Notes: a model not told the origin generated them from the letters alone. 64,000 nt of DNA from Gemmatimonadota bacterium (GCA_036679605.1 JAZDCZ010000327.1:1-64000), one strand, 5' to 3'; shown: positions 9,811 through 20,372, counted from the first letter of the stretch. A program made the numbers and translations.

Positions 9811-10817
9811 GAGCGGCCTGCCAGCGACTCCCTCCCGACACAATCTTCCCACGAGCCACTCTGTTCGGCACGGTAAGCCTGCTCGATGAACTCCACGGCG
9901 TCGAGCCCATTAAGTGAGTTCATGTAACCGTCGGGCTCTCGCAGACCCACAACGAACGCGTCGAGCTGGCCGGCAAACGCAGCGCTCTTGTCATAGCCAG
10001 TGCCAAACGGCGTCCATTCGCGGTCGTCGTGGCGGCGTTTGAGGCCGCCGGTCCACCCTATGCGAATGCCGCCCTCGGTTCCCTGCACCATCAGGTAGTC
10101 GAGATCCTTGGTAAAGTAGGTCCACGACAGTGCGACCCTGCCCAACGTACCACTACGGGTTCTAAACTGGATCTCCGCCGTGTCCTCAAGATCGGGAGTC
10201 ACGGTCCGGTGGGTAAACGCCGCGGACACGCCCGCTACTGGTGAGTCAAGCACGGTGCTCAACACGTCGTAGGCGTGACACCCGTTGTCCATCACGACAC
10301 CACCGCCGGCTACTTCGCGTTGCACCGACCACTTATCCGCAACCGGCACACGGGCACAGAAGGTGACCTCGTAGTAAACCGGCCTGCCGATGAACCCGGA
10401 ATCGATGAGCTTCCGAGCCTCCAGCAGGTCGTCCACATAGCGGAACTTAGCAGAAACCGCTAGAGCACGACTGGCTGCATCGGCGTGCGCCACCATCGCC
10501 TCGGCATCGGCAAGACGTGGGGCCAACGGTTTCTCGCACAACACGTGGACTCCTGAGTCCAGCAGCTGGGTTACAACACTACGGTGGGACGAGGGAGGAG
10601 TGCACACCACGGCAGCATCCGGCACATCACTGCCGAGCATCTCGCTTATGGAAGTAAACGTGGAACAACCCCACGAATCGTGAGCCCTTTGTCTGGCATC
10701 CTCGACCGAGTCCACCGCTGCTACGAGTTCAGCGTTGTCACTCGACCCAATTGCGGTAGCGTGAGATTCCGCAATCGCGCCGCAGCCCACGATGGCCATC
10801 TTGAGCGGCGCCGTCAC
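9807..10817 (-). CDS. Gfo/Idh/MocA-family oxidoreductase
   Basis: AIVGCGAIA, HVLCEKPLA, GGGVVMDNGCH. Confidence 0.9.
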   Translation of the reverse strand: MTAPLKMAIVGCGAIAESHATAIGSSDNAELVAAVDSVEDARQRAHDSWGCSTFTSISEMLGSDVPDAAVVCTPPSSHRSVVTQLLDSGVHVLCEKPLAPRLADAEAMVAHADAASRALAVSAKFRYVDDLLEARKLIDSGFIGRPVYYEVTFCARVPVADKWSVQREVAGGGVVMDNGCHAYDVLSTVLDSPVAGVSAAFTHRTVTPDLEDTAEIQFRTRSGTLGRVALSWTYFTKDLDYLMVQGTEGGIRIGWTGGLKRRHDDREWTPFGTGYDKSAAFAGQLDAFVVGLREPDGYMNSLNGLDAVEFIEQAYRAEQSGSWEDCVGRESLAGRS

Positions 10818-12058
10818 GAAGTGGCTCCGGCCGCGACCGTTTTGGTCCGAAGTCGCTCCACGACCTCACGGACCTGCTGCGCGATGAATTTGACGTGCAC
10901 CTCTTCGTAACGCTCGGTCCAAGGCAGCACCAATACCTGGGCCAACCCATCTCTGCAGCCCGGATAGTCGTCCAGCCGCTCGACATCGGGTGCACCGGCG
11001 TGACTCGAATAAGGATACCGCGTATCCCCAAACGTGATGCGTTCCTGGAACTGCTTGCACATGAACGCCGGCTTGACGATGTAACGCGGCGCGTTCCACA
11101 CGCCCAATTCCTTCAGTTCCTTGCCGATGTCGTCTGGGCCGATTCCCAATTCGCTGCGATTGACCAACAACACGAATTTCCAGTAGGTCTGCGTCGCGCC
11201 CGGCGTAGTGGGAAGCGGTGTGAGTCCGGGTACGTCGGCCAGCAAATCTCGCAGCAAATCAGCCATCCGAACACGCTGTGCCACCATGTCGCGCAGCTTG
11301 CGCAACTGCGCCAGCGCGACTGCCGCCTGCAATTCGGTCATACGGTAGTTGAGGCCCAGGAACTCGTGATCGGGCGAGGGATCGCCGTAGCCCCAACCCT
11401 TGTCGGCCCACAACCGGGCGCGTCGGGCCAAGTCGCCCGAGTTCGTTATGACAAAACCGCCCTCACCGCATGTCATCTGTTTGGTCTGCTGCAGGCTGAA
11501 GGCTCCGATGTCGGCGATCGTGCCGACCAGCTTGCCGTTGTAAGTCGCTAGATATGCTTGCGCAGCATCCTCCACGACGGGAATCCCGCGCGCCTTCGCC
11601 AGCGCCATGATGGGATGCATGTCGCAGGGATTCCCAAACAGATGGGTAATGACAATCGCACGGGTCCGATCGGTGATGCGCGGTTCCAGTGTTCCTGCCG
11701 TGACGTTCAGCGTGTCGGGATCGACATCCGCAAACACGGGCACCGCGCCTTGAAACAGAATGGGAGAGATGGCACCCATGTCGGTAATTGGGCTTGTCAC
11801 GATCTCGTCACCGGGGGCAATGTCCAGCGCTCCCAACGCGGTGTGCACTGCCGCCGACCCGGAACAGACGGCGCGCGCGTGGGCGATGCCAAACATCTCC
11901 TCCAGTTCGTGCTCGAACTGCGGCGCCTTGGTGCCACCTATGGTAAAGAGATTGCCCGATTCGATTACCTCTTTCAGAAGACTTAGTTCCTCTTCGCCCA
12001 GACTGCGCCCGCCGGCGTTACGATCCGAGAGAAGTGGCAGAATATTCGATTGGCTCAT
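10814..12058 (-). CDS. DegT/DnrJ/EryC1/StrS aminotransferase
   Basis: PGDEIVTSP, VFADVD, VEDAAQA, FSLQQTKQMTCGEGG, GLNYRMTELQAA. Confidence 0.92.
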   Translation of the reverse strand: MSQSNILPLLSDRNAGGRSLGEEELSLLKEVIESGNLFTIGGTKAPQFEHELEEMFGIAHARAVCSGSAAVHTALGALDIAPGDEIVTSPITDMGAISPILFQGAVPVFADVDPDTLNVTAGTLEPRITDRTRAIVITHLFGNPCDMHPIMALAKARGIPVVEDAAQAYLATYNGKLVGTIADIGAFSLQQTKQMTCGEGGFVITNSGDLARRARLWADKGWGYGDPSPDHEFLGLNYRMTELQAAVALAQLRKLRDMVAQRVRMADLLRDLLADVPGLTPLPTTPGATQTYWKFVLLVNRSELGIGPDDIGKELKELGVWNAPRYIVKPAFMCKQFQERITFGDTRYPYSSHAGAPDVERLDDYPGCRDGLAQVLVLPWTERYEEVHVKFIAQQVREVVERLRTKTVAAGATS

Positions 12059-12990
12059 TGAATACTTTCCATTATGGGTGTTTGAATGGGGCGCACCGCC
12101 CCGCCGTTGTAGTCATTTGCTATTTCCACGAGCGGTACGACGCGGCGCCGCTTTCGCAATTCTCCTACGGCACGCTCAGCCAAGGCCAACTTCGAGTCCA
12201 GCGACAAGTCCATGCCCGGATGCCGCAATATACGAGGGTCGAGCTTGTCACTCGTCATATCGAGGAAGTCCACAGCGTGGAATTGGTATGTGATGGCCTT
12301 CCTCCGCGTTCTCGCCACGGCACCGATCGCAGCGAAGGCGATGCCCGGCAGCACGAACCGCAGGGTGTGGTAGTACGGCACACGGGTAAAGGGTGCCGTA
12401 CAGATCGGTATCTCAATCAGAGACTTGTGGCCGACATCGCGCCGGTGCACCGTGGTGGGTCCGAACACGCCCGCCCAGATACTCGATTCGGTGCTGGTCT
12501 TGCCGGTGGAACTCCTGAGGGCGATCGAGCGGCGCAGCAGCGGCAACAAGATGGACGGATACGTCGATGCGTCATATTTGTATCCCGCATCTACCAGCCC
12601 GCCAAACAGCTCGTCCGACAGGTCCCAACTGGGTGCCCGGAAACCCGCCACCGGCGCTTCAGCCAGAGACTCAAGTAATGTCTTGGAATCGCGAGTCTCA
12701 CGCTCGAGCCGCGCGGGGTCCATGTTCGAAAATGGCAGCCGGTGGGTCATGGAGTGACTCGCCACCTCGTGGCCTCTGCTTACGATCTCGCGCACGACAT
12801 CCGGGTACCGCTCGGCCTCTTCGGCTATCAGGAAGAACGTACACCGAGCACCCAACCGCTTGAGGATCTTGAGGGCCCGCGGGATCGCCACGCGATATGC
12901 CGTACCGTCGTCCTCGGGGCGCTCGAAGCCGTAGCCCTCTAGATGGCTCGCTACCGAGTCGACGTCGATGGAGAGGCCGGCGAGTTTCAT
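12055..12990 (-). CDS. Polysaccharide deacetylase family protein
   Basis: SIDVD, TFF, GHEVASHSMTH, GFRAPSW, YDAS. Confidence 0.88.
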   Translation of the reverse strand: MKLAGLSIDVDSVASHLEGYGFERPEDDGTAYRVAIPRALKILKRLGARCTFFLIAEEAERYPDVVREIVSRGHEVASHSMTHRLPFSNMDPARLERETRDSKTLLESLAEAPVAGFRAPSWDLSDELFGGLVDAGYKYDASTYPSILLPLLRRSIALRSSTGKTSTESSIWAGVFGPTTVHRRDVGHKSLIEIPICTAPFTRVPYYHTLRFVLPGIAFAAIGAVARTRRKAITYQFHAVDFLDMTSDKLDPRILRHPGMDLSLDSKLALAERAVGELRKRRRVVPLVEIANDYNGGAVRPIQTPIMESIQ

Positions 12991-13142
12991 CGCATTCCGG
13001 CCTTGAAAGGGTCGCTGGATTGCGGACGCCGGCAGGTCCCTACGCGCCCTGCAGTTCGCTCTGCAGATCTGAGATCACCAGAGGGGCAACCGCTCACTGA
13101 CGCGCGCTGTGGGACCCACCGGCATCCGGCCATGGCGCTCAT

Positions 13143-14549
13143 TCAGGCACCCGCTTTCGCGGTCTCAAGCATCTTGGCAACGACCCTTTGGGCAAGTCCC
13201 GTCGAGCTATTCCACGCCGTGACGTCGGGATAGATCTGTGTGGTGGTGGCCAGGTAGACGCGCCCGGGCACGAGTTCGGCGGGCGGCTTGCGCTTGCCGT
13301 AGCCAGGCGTGTAGAGCGGCTCCACGAACGGTGCCTTGAAGACAACTGCGTCCACCACATCGTCCCGGGTGAGATCCGGTATCAAATTCAGCAAGGCGTC
13401 CACGTATTCCCGCTGCACATCTTCGGCGTCGCGCGCGAAGAGCGCACTCGAGCGGTGAACGTAGTTCAGTAGATAGACCAGGTGATATCCACCGCTGTCA
13501 GCGAGATCGATCGCCTTGGTCGTCTCCACGATCCCCTGAAACGGCACACCGGAGTCCACTACGGGAATCCAATAGTGCTTCGTGAGAGAACGCTTGAGAA
13601 GCACGACGACATTCAACACACCCTGGTAATCGATGTTGGCATCGACGGCGCCGAGCGCATCGGCCACGGTTCCGGTACGCGCCATCTGCTGGAACAAGGA
13701 CATCGGCACCGTCGAGATCACGCGGTCGAAGGTGTGTGATTGCCCGTCAATCGTCAGGGTTGGCCGTCCATCAGCGTGCAGATCGAGTTGTTCAACCGGT
13801 GATTCGAGCCTTAGAGTCACACCGCGTTTGGCAAGCGACTCTACCAGCTTGTCAGTGAGTCCCTTATAACCGCCGCGGAGATAGCCCTTCACCTCTTTCT
13901 TGGTGCCCTTCTCGCGGTTGAAACTGGCCCAATACCACAGGGCCGGGATCTTGTGATAGGCGTCCCCGAACTTGGCTTCCAGCAGCGGCCGCCACAGGCG
14001 GTCGAACGCCCGTTTGCCGGAAAGTTTCGTCAACCATGCCTCGACCGTGATGTCGTCCAGTGGGTCGGGTTTGGCGACGTGGCTCGCATACAGCGCTGTA
14101 AGCCCAAGGCGAATACGGTCAGTGAACGCCGCGGGCTTGAACCGGAGCAAATCCAGCGGCGTGTTGAGATCGTACAGTTCGTTGCCGTAAAAGAATCCGA
14201 GGGACGTGTCGCTCCAATAGACACTCTCCCTGATCCCCAGGGTTTCGAGCAGTGCCAGCAGATGCTCGTCCGTTGGCAGAATCACGTGATAGAACCGGTC
14301 GAGGCACACGCCGTCGTACTCGAAGAAGGTGCCGAGCCCACCATATTGCTTGGATGACTCGAACAGCGTCACGTCAGCACCCGCCTCGGCCAGGAAATGG
14401 GCGCTGGCAAGGCCAGCTATGCCGCCGCCGATTATGGCTACGGAGCCCGCCCCACAACCGCGGTTCCGGCGTTCAGGAACCCCACGCTTGCGCGTGGGGT
14501 TAGACGGGACGCTCGCGAGATCCAGAGGTGGTCGGCTCCCTGTTGCCAT
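13143..14549 (-). CDS. FAD-dependent oxidoreductase (protoporphyrinogen/amine oxidase-like)
   Basis: IIGGGIAGLASA, GGLG, LDRFYHVI, PLLEAKFG, GYLRGG, QIYP. Confidence 0.85.
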   Translation of the reverse strand: MATGSRPPLDLASVPSNPTRKRGVPERRNRGCGAGSVAIIGGGIAGLASAHFLAEAGADVTLFESSKQYGGLGTFFEYDGVCLDRFYHVILPTDEHLLALLETLGIRESVYWSDTSLGFFYGNELYDLNTPLDLLRFKPAAFTDRIRLGLTALYASHVAKPDPLDDITVEAWLTKLSGKRAFDRLWRPLLEAKFGDAYHKIPALWYWASFNREKGTKKEVKGYLRGGYKGLTDKLVESLAKRGVTLRLESPVEQLDLHADGRPTLTIDGQSHTFDRVISTVPMSLFQQMARTGTVADALGAVDANIDYQGVLNVVVLLKRSLTKHYWIPVVDSGVPFQGIVETTKAIDLADSGGYHLVYLLNYVHRSSALFARDAEDVQREYVDALLNLIPDLTRDDVVDAVVFKAPFVEPLYTPGYGKRKPPAELVPGRVYLATTTQIYPDVTAWNSSTGLAQRVVAKMLETAKAGA

Positions 14550-14550
14550 G

Positions 14551-15306
14551 CTAGGCCCCAGACCGCACCGGGCGGTTGAGTCCTCTGGCGTATCTGAGGT
14601 TCTTAGCGATCACCATCAAATAGCGAACGATGGTGTGGCCGATGTTCATCTTGCTCTCGCTCTGCTTCAGGTCGTAGCGCAGCACAAGGGGCACCTCGGC
14701 CGCGCGGACGCCGAGTGTGCGGAGCTTGAGTAGGAGTTCCATCATGCAGGAAAATCCTCGCTCGCCCACCAGCCGTCCGAACCGTTGCTTGACGTCACAC
14801 AGAGCTTGCGTGCGGTAGGCTCTGAAGCCACTGGAGTAGTCTTTGACCGTGCCGACGGGAAACAGAAACCGCAGCAACCCGCTGGCCACGTGACTCAACA
14901 CTTTGCGGTACCCCGCGACCCCGATCTCCTCACCGCCTGGTTCGAAGCGGGAGGCCACGATCAGGTCGAAGCCCTGATCGAGCTTGGCGAGCATGGCGTG
15001 GATCGTGGCGGGGTCGTGGGAGTCGTCGCCGTCCATTGTGACTATGGTATCACTCGCCTCCAGGGCCTCCAAGAGGCCCACCTCGAGAGCTCCACCCAAT
15101 CCGATGTTCTGGGGTAGTTCGATGACGGTGATAGGCAGGCGGTCACCGAACGCCCGCACGGCGCCGGGCGTCCCATCGGTTGATACGCCGTCCACTACTA
15201 CTATGCGATATGGGTCGCTGTGCTCTGCCATGGCACTCACGAACTTGCCAAGGAATGGCTCAACGCACTCGATTTCGTTGCGCATTGGTATGACTATCGA
15301 AAGCAT
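14551..15306 (-). CDS. GT2 polyprenol-phosphate glycosyltransferase
   Basis: IVIPMRNE, VVDGVSTDGT, MDGDDSHDP, DYSSGFRAY. Close paralog of the N-terminal half of 1582-3051. Confidence 0.9.
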   Translation of the reverse strand: MLSIVIPMRNEIECVEPFLGKFVSAMAEHSDPYRIVVVDGVSTDGTPGAVRAFGDRLPITVIELPQNIGLGGALEVGLLEALEASDTIVTMDGDDSHDPATIHAMLAKLDQGFDLIVASRFEPGGEEIGVAGYRKVLSHVASGLLRFLFPVGTVKDYSSGFRAYRTQALCDVKQRFGRLVGERGFSCMMELLLKLRTLGVRAAEVPLVLRYDLKQSESKMNIGHTIVRYLMVIAKNLRYARGLNRPVRSGA

Positions 15307-15534
15307 GGGTACCTTTGTAATTGAGATCAAGACGCGCTGCGAATCGCTGCAACTACAATTTTGACGCCGCATTAGGAAGGGCCCGTCTGCCAGCAATAAT
15401 TCGTTGTCGTTTATACACTTACGTGAATTTTGGCAGCCTGGCGCGGGGCAACCACGCTCGCTGATGTGGCGTGCGTGCAACAGGGTGTCCGTTGGGAAGA
15501 ACGTCTTAAGCTGGCCGGATGACGGCAATATGTG

Positions 15535-15559
15535 TAACTGGTTGTCGTTAAATGAGTTG
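15535..15559. promoter_or_regulatory. 25-bp palindromic intergenic motif
   Basis: TAACT-GG-TTG-TCGTT-AAA-TG-AGTTG in the divergent gap upstream of the exosortase. Confidence 0.45.
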
Positions 15560-15613
15560 ACTCAGCATCGGCCGGAACGAGCCGAGAGCATGCACCTTGC
15601 GAAAGGACACGGC

Positions 15614-16483
15614 GTGTTCAAGAACAAGTTTGATTTTTCGATAGAAAACTGGCGGGACTACCTTCCGGTAGCGGTTGGCGCCGTGGCGTTTCTGGTGCTG
15701 TTCTGGAAACCCATCCTCACGTTGGGCCAGGATTGGTGGAGCAACCCAGAAGCCGGCCACGGACTACTGCTGGGCCCGGTAGCAGTCTTCTTGGCTTATC
15801 GCAGCGGGTGGGTCAAGAAACGCCGCTTGCAGCCGGGGCTCGGTCTCACGATTCTCGCGGGTGCAGTATTGCTGCGCTATCTGTCGGGGCTTGCGGCCGA
15901 GTTGCTGACTATGCGTCTGTCACTCCTCGGAGGAATCGCAGCCATCGTCGTCTTTTTGGCGGGGTGGCGGCAGCTCAAGCACTGGTGGCTCCCTGCCCTA
16001 CTGCTCTTGCTCTCGGTTCCGATCCCCACGGTAATCTTGAACAGTCTCGCGTTTCCGCTGCAGCTCAAGGCGTCACAAAGCGGCGCGGCATTGCTCGAAT
16101 GGCGGCACGTTCCGGTCTTGTTGTCTGGTAACGTGATCCACCTACCGGGGCGGTCCCTGTTCGTGACGGAGGCTTGTAGCGGGCTCCGGTCGCTCACAGC
16201 GCTTATCTCGCTGGGGGTCTTGATCGGAGGCATCTGGCTACGCGCCCCACTGTCGCGCATCGGGCTGGTGCTGGCTGCGGTACCCGTAGCGATGTTGCTA
16301 AACGGAATCCGGATCTTTTTGACCGGTTTTCTAGTCTACTACGTGAATCCCAATTTGGGTGACGGTTTCATGCACTACACCGAGGGGTGGGCATTATTCG
16401 TGGTGGCATTCGCGATATTGGGTGGCATGGCGTGGGTGCTCAGTGGAACGGAACGGCGACTCCTGCAGTGGCGCTCGGCATGA
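15614..16483 (+). CDS. Exosortase (EpsH/XrtA family)
   Basis: Multiple TM segments with HGLLLGPV, FPLQ, and catalytic Cys/Arg/His in VTEACSGLRS, NGIRI and FMHYTEG. GTG start after AAGGA; alternative ATG at 15590. Confidence 0.92.
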   Translation: MFKNKFDFSIENWRDYLPVAVGAVAFLVLFWKPILTLGQDWWSNPEAGHGLLLGPVAVFLAYRSGWVKKRRLQPGLGLTILAGAVLLRYLSGLAAELLTMRLSLLGGIAAIVVFLAGWRQLKHWWLPALLLLLSVPIPTVILNSLAFPLQLKASQSGAALLEWRHVPVLLSGNVIHLPGRSLFVTEACSGLRSLTALISLGVLIGGIWLRAPLSRIGLVLAAVPVAMLLNGIRIFLTGFLVYYVNPNLGDGFMHYTEGWALFVVAFAILGGMAWVLSGTERRLLQWRSA

Positions 16484-17127
16484 ACGCATGGCTCAAGTGG
16501 TCTCCCGCGCTCATAATGGGCATTGGCGGCCTGTTCACGGTCGGCATAGACACCCAGCGCAGCCTGCCGCTCAGGGCGCCGCTTGACTCCGTGGTGCCCG
16601 TTGAAATCGACGGCTTCAAGGCAGAAGACGTTCGGATTTCTGATGCCGAACTCGAGGTTGCGGGTGTTACGGACTACCTGATGCGCAACTACCTCCCGGC
16701 CGGTCAAGACACGAGTGCCGCCGGTTTTTCACTCTACGTGGGGTATTACGACCGCCAGGTCCAGGGTAAGACGATCCACTCGCCCAAGAATTGTTTGCCC
16801 GGCAGCGGCTGGGAGGCGCTGACGTCGCGGATGGAGACGATCCCCACGGATGTCGGCCCTGTTACCGTAAACCGCTACCTGCTCCAGAACGGCGACCGGC
16901 AGGCGCTGGTGCTCTACTGGTATCAGGGACGCGGCCGAGTGCAGGCGAACGAGTACCTCGTGAAGTGGGATTTGCTGCGGGACGCGGCGTTAAAGCAGCG
17001 TAGTGATGAGGCGTTGGTGAGGATCGTGGTGCCGGTGACCTCGGGTGAGGCTCAAGCGTTTGATGTAGCGGCAGCGGCAGCAGCGGACATCGTGCCAGAT
17101 CTCTATGATGGGTTGCCCCAAGGATAA
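16480..17127 (+). CDS. epsI: EpsI family exosortase-associated protein
   Basis: YLMRNY, LYVGYY, IHSPKNCLPGSGW, VLYWYQGRGR, DEALVRI. ATGA overlap with the exosortase. Confidence 0.92.
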   Translation: MNAWLKWSPALIMGIGGLFTVGIDTQRSLPLRAPLDSVVPVEIDGFKAEDVRISDAELEVAGVTDYLMRNYLPAGQDTSAAGFSLYVGYYDRQVQGKTIHSPKNCLPGSGWEALTSRMETIPTDVGPVTVNRYLLQNGDRQALVLYWYQGRGRVQANEYLVKWDLLRDAALKQRSDEALVRIVVPVTSGEAQAFDVAAAAAADIVPDLYDGLPQG

Positions 17128-17132
17128 TCCCA

Positions 17133-18272
17133 TCAGGTGCCCAGTACCTCGGCATAGACCTCATCTAACCGCTTCAACCAACCCTCTGGTCCGAACCGAT
17201 TTGTCACTAGCTCCCGCGCGGCCGCCGCACGGCGCTTCGCCTCAGCCTCTTGCTGGCGAACTTCCACTAGGGCACTCCCTAACGCACGCGCGTCCTCAGC
17301 CTGGATCAACCATCCAGTCGAGCGGTCTAGGACCTCCGGCATACCACCAACGCCGAACGCAACAACAGGAACGCCGGCACTCATAGCCTCGAGCAACACG
17401 ATGGGCAGTCCTTCCGTCCTAGAGCTTATCACCAGCACATCAAAAGCGGAGAGCAATCTTGCCGCATCCTCACGGTACCCGGCCAGTCTTACCCGTGCTG
17501 GAGACAGCTGGCTGCGTCGGATTTGTTGCTCGAGGTTGGCTCTCTCCGGTCCGTCACCGATCAAGACTGCCACAGCATCTGGAACGTCGAGGGTGGCCAG
17601 GGCATCGACCAGAAGGTCCGGGCCCTTTTCGTGACTCAGGCGACCAATCCAGCCCACCACAAAACCCGTCGCGTTCAATCCAAGCCGTTCGCGGGAGTTT
17701 TCCCGCGAGAATGTCGAAACTGCCAGGTATCCGTTAGGTACCACGTGCACTTTGGCAGGATCACACCCGGCACGCAGCATCGTAACGCGCAGTTCGTTAG
17801 ATACGCACAGCACCGCGTCGAAGCGCCGCAGCAGCAATCGATCGATTCGTTGATATATGCGGTTCTTGAGGTCACCACCGGTGAAGCCGTGTACCGTCGC
17901 AACTACCGGGATTCCACAGCGACGCGCAGCCATGTAACCCACGAAATCCGCGTGGTACACGTGCGTGTGCACCAGCCGTGCGTTGGAACGTCTTAATACG
18001 CTGGAAACCGCTGTGACTTCCATCAGATACCGGCGACGACCACACCTCACCGGCCACACTGCAACGCCAGCATCCTGGAGCTGCTCCAAGAATGGATGGT
18101 CACCCTGGCCCTGGAGCAGCGTCGCAACCTGGGCACTCCCACCACCTCGTTGGGTAGCTATCGCCAACGATCGGACGACCGCCTCGGCCCCACCGATGAG
18201 CGCTGGTGCTATGACGTGGACCACCGGACTCAATTGGGATCGATCCGATTGCCCGTAGTTGGATCCGCGCAA
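17133..18272 (-). CDS. GT4 glycosyltransferase
   Basis: IGGAE, GRLSHEKG, GDGPER, SSRTEGLPIVLLEAMSAGVP. Start approximate. Confidence 0.9.
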   Translation of the reverse strand: MRGSNYGQSDRSQLSPVVHVIAPALIGGAEAVVRSLAIATQRGGGSAQVATLLQGQGDHPFLEQLQDAGVAVWPVRCGRRRYLMEVTAVSSVLRRSNARLVHTHVYHADFVGYMAARRCGIPVVATVHGFTGGDLKNRIYQRIDRLLLRRFDAVLCVSNELRVTMLRAGCDPAKVHVVPNGYLAVSTFSRENSRERLGLNATGFVVGWIGRLSHEKGPDLLVDALATLDVPDAVAVLIGDGPERANLEQQIRRSQLSPARVRLAGYREDAARLLSAFDVLVISSRTEGLPIVLLEAMSAGVPVVAFGVGGMPEVLDRSTGWLIQAEDARALGSALVEVRQQEAEAKRRAAAARELVTNRFGPEGWLKRLDEVYAEVLGT

Positions 18273-18461
18273 CAGTTAGTAATCCACCGCTCGACGCGCT
18301 TCAAGGTGACATCTGTAGTATAGTGCTATCATGCCTGTTCCCAATAGTTTAGGGGCAGCTATGCGACACGTCCTAACCTCAGCGTTAGAATGGCGTCTCA
18401 ATTGCCCCAAGGACAGCCGGTTCCGAATTTGGGGCGAATTTCACGCCAGGAGATAATGCGC

Positions 18462-20372
18462 ATGTGTGGTATCGTCGGAGTTGTACACCGCGACGGTGGT
18501 CCGCCCGTGTCCAACGATGTAATCGGACGCATGTGCGACGCCATCCGACACCGCGGCCCCGATGATGAAGGCCGGTATCTCAACGGTAACGTAGGTCTGG
18601 GGATACGTCGTCTCAGCATCATAGATCTCGCGGGCGGGAACCAACCTATCTCCAATGAAGACGAATCCAAAACGATAGTGTTCAACGGCGAGATCTACAA
18701 CTATCGGGCGATGCGCCACGACCTGGAAGCGCGGGGTCACCGATTTCGATCCGCCGGGGACACCGAAACCATCGTGCATCTGTACGAAGAAAGTGGCCCG
18801 TCATGCGTCGAGCATCTTCGCGGGATGTTCGCTTTCGCACTCTGGGACTCGACGAAGCGCTCGCTACTGCTGGCGCGCGACCGGTTCGGAATCAAGCCAC
18901 TGTACATAGTCGATGCACCCTGGGGAATCGCGTTCGCCTCGGAACTAAAGGCTTTGGTTGCGGTGGGCTTAACTGCCCGAGAGTTGGATTGGAAGGCCTT
19001 GGACATGTATTTCGAACTAGGCTACATCCCGGCTCCGCATTCTCCCTTTACCGATGTCAGGAAGCTCGAGCCGGGACACACCCTGGAATGGAAAGAATCG
19101 GGCGAAGTCACGGTCCGCCGTTACTGGGATCTCCCGTCACACAACGGTTCAGTACCGCAGCATGTTGAGAAGCATGTTCTGGAGTGGCTCGACGAATCCA
19201 TCAAGGCGCACATGGTGAGCGACGTACCGGTAGCTGCACTGTTGAGTGGCGGGCTCGACTCGTCCGCGGTTGTCGCTGGCATGGCTGTGGCCGGTGAGCG
19301 AGCCCATGCGTTCACGGCCCGGTATCACGGTTCTGGTTCTGCCGACACGGATGAGACACCACTAGCTACACAGCTGGCCAACCGATATGGCGTCAAGCAT
19401 ACTATTGTCGATATCGAACCCGACGTTAGTAAGGTTTTTGAGCCAATGGTTCGGGCACTCGACGAGCCGCACGCCGACGAGTCAGCGATGCCAACGTGGA
19501 TGATCTCACAAGCTGTGGCATCGGAGTACAAAGTGGTTTTGTCCGGGGCCGGCGGTGATGAATTATTCGCCGGGTATCGCAGGCACTTGGGACACCTCGT
19601 GGGAACCTATTACAACCGCCTCCCAGGACCGTTGCGGCGCGCCGCAAGTGGCGCGGCAAACGCTCTGCCGGAGCCGCGCAATTCAGCACTGGGGATCAAC
19701 CGTCTCAAGCGATTCCTGCGCACGGATGACAACACCGTACCAGAGCGATTCCTCGGTTACTTCAGCCGCCTACCAACCAATGACCGCAGGCAACTTTACA
19801 AAGCTGAGCTGCAGTCGCAGATAGTGAGCACCTCCGGCAAGCATCACTTCAGTAAGATGTACACACGAGGCGGGTCACCCACTGGGCTACGGGCTGCACT
19901 TTATCTCGACTACAAGACCTACCTACCAGATGACATCCTCGCCTTGAGCGACCGAATCTCAATGGCTCACTCCCTTGAAGTACGGGTGCCCTTCGTGGAT
20001 CATGAGCTGGTTGAACGCGTGTTCCCTTTGCCCGATCGGCTCAAGATCGGCCTTTTCCGGAACAAGCACCTCCTAAGACAAGTGCTAAGACCGCGCCTAC
20101 CGCGTGCGCACTTCGATGCGCCCAAACGCGGGTTCGTGGGTCCTACCGCTTCCTGGCTTCGAAACGAGTTGCGTGAGATGCTGACGGATGAACTATCACA
20201 AGAGCGAATCGGACGACTTGGGTACTTCGACTCCCGTACGGTCCATGGGTTTCTGGACGATCACTTCTCACGCCGACATAACCGGGAGGGAATCCTGTGG
20301 GAGATGCTCTGCTTTTTGACGTGGCACCGAGCCTACGTAGAGCAACCCATGGCAGGGAGCGCAAAACCATAG
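18462..20372 (+). CDS. asnB: Asparagine synthase (glutamine-hydrolysing) family amidotransferase
   Basis: MCGIVG, HRGPDD, RRLSIID, FNGEIYN, RDRFGIKPL, LSGGLDSS, GGDELFAGY, SLEVRVPF. Confidence 0.93.
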   Translation: MCGIVGVVHRDGGPPVSNDVIGRMCDAIRHRGPDDEGRYLNGNVGLGIRRLSIIDLAGGNQPISNEDESKTIVFNGEIYNYRAMRHDLEARGHRFRSAGDTETIVHLYEESGPSCVEHLRGMFAFALWDSTKRSLLLARDRFGIKPLYIVDAPWGIAFASELKALVAVGLTARELDWKALDMYFELGYIPAPHSPFTDVRKLEPGHTLEWKESGEVTVRRYWDLPSHNGSVPQHVEKHVLEWLDESIKAHMVSDVPVAALLSGGLDSSAVVAGMAVAGERAHAFTARYHGSGSADTDETPLATQLANRYGVKHTIVDIEPDVSKVFEPMVRALDEPHADESAMPTWMISQAVASEYKVVLSGAGGDELFAGYRRHLGHLVGTYYNRLPGPLRRAASGAANALPEPRNSALGINRLKRFLRTDDNTVPERFLGYFSRLPTNDRRQLYKAELQSQIVSTSGKHHFSKMYTRGGSPTGLRAALYLDYKTYLPDDILALSDRISMAHSLEVRVPFVDHELVERVFPLPDRLKIGLFRNKHLLRQVLRPRLPRAHFDAPKRGFVGPTASWLRNELREMLTDELSQERIGRLGYFDSRTVHGFLDDHFSRRHNREGILWEMLCFLTWHRAYVEQPMAGSAKP

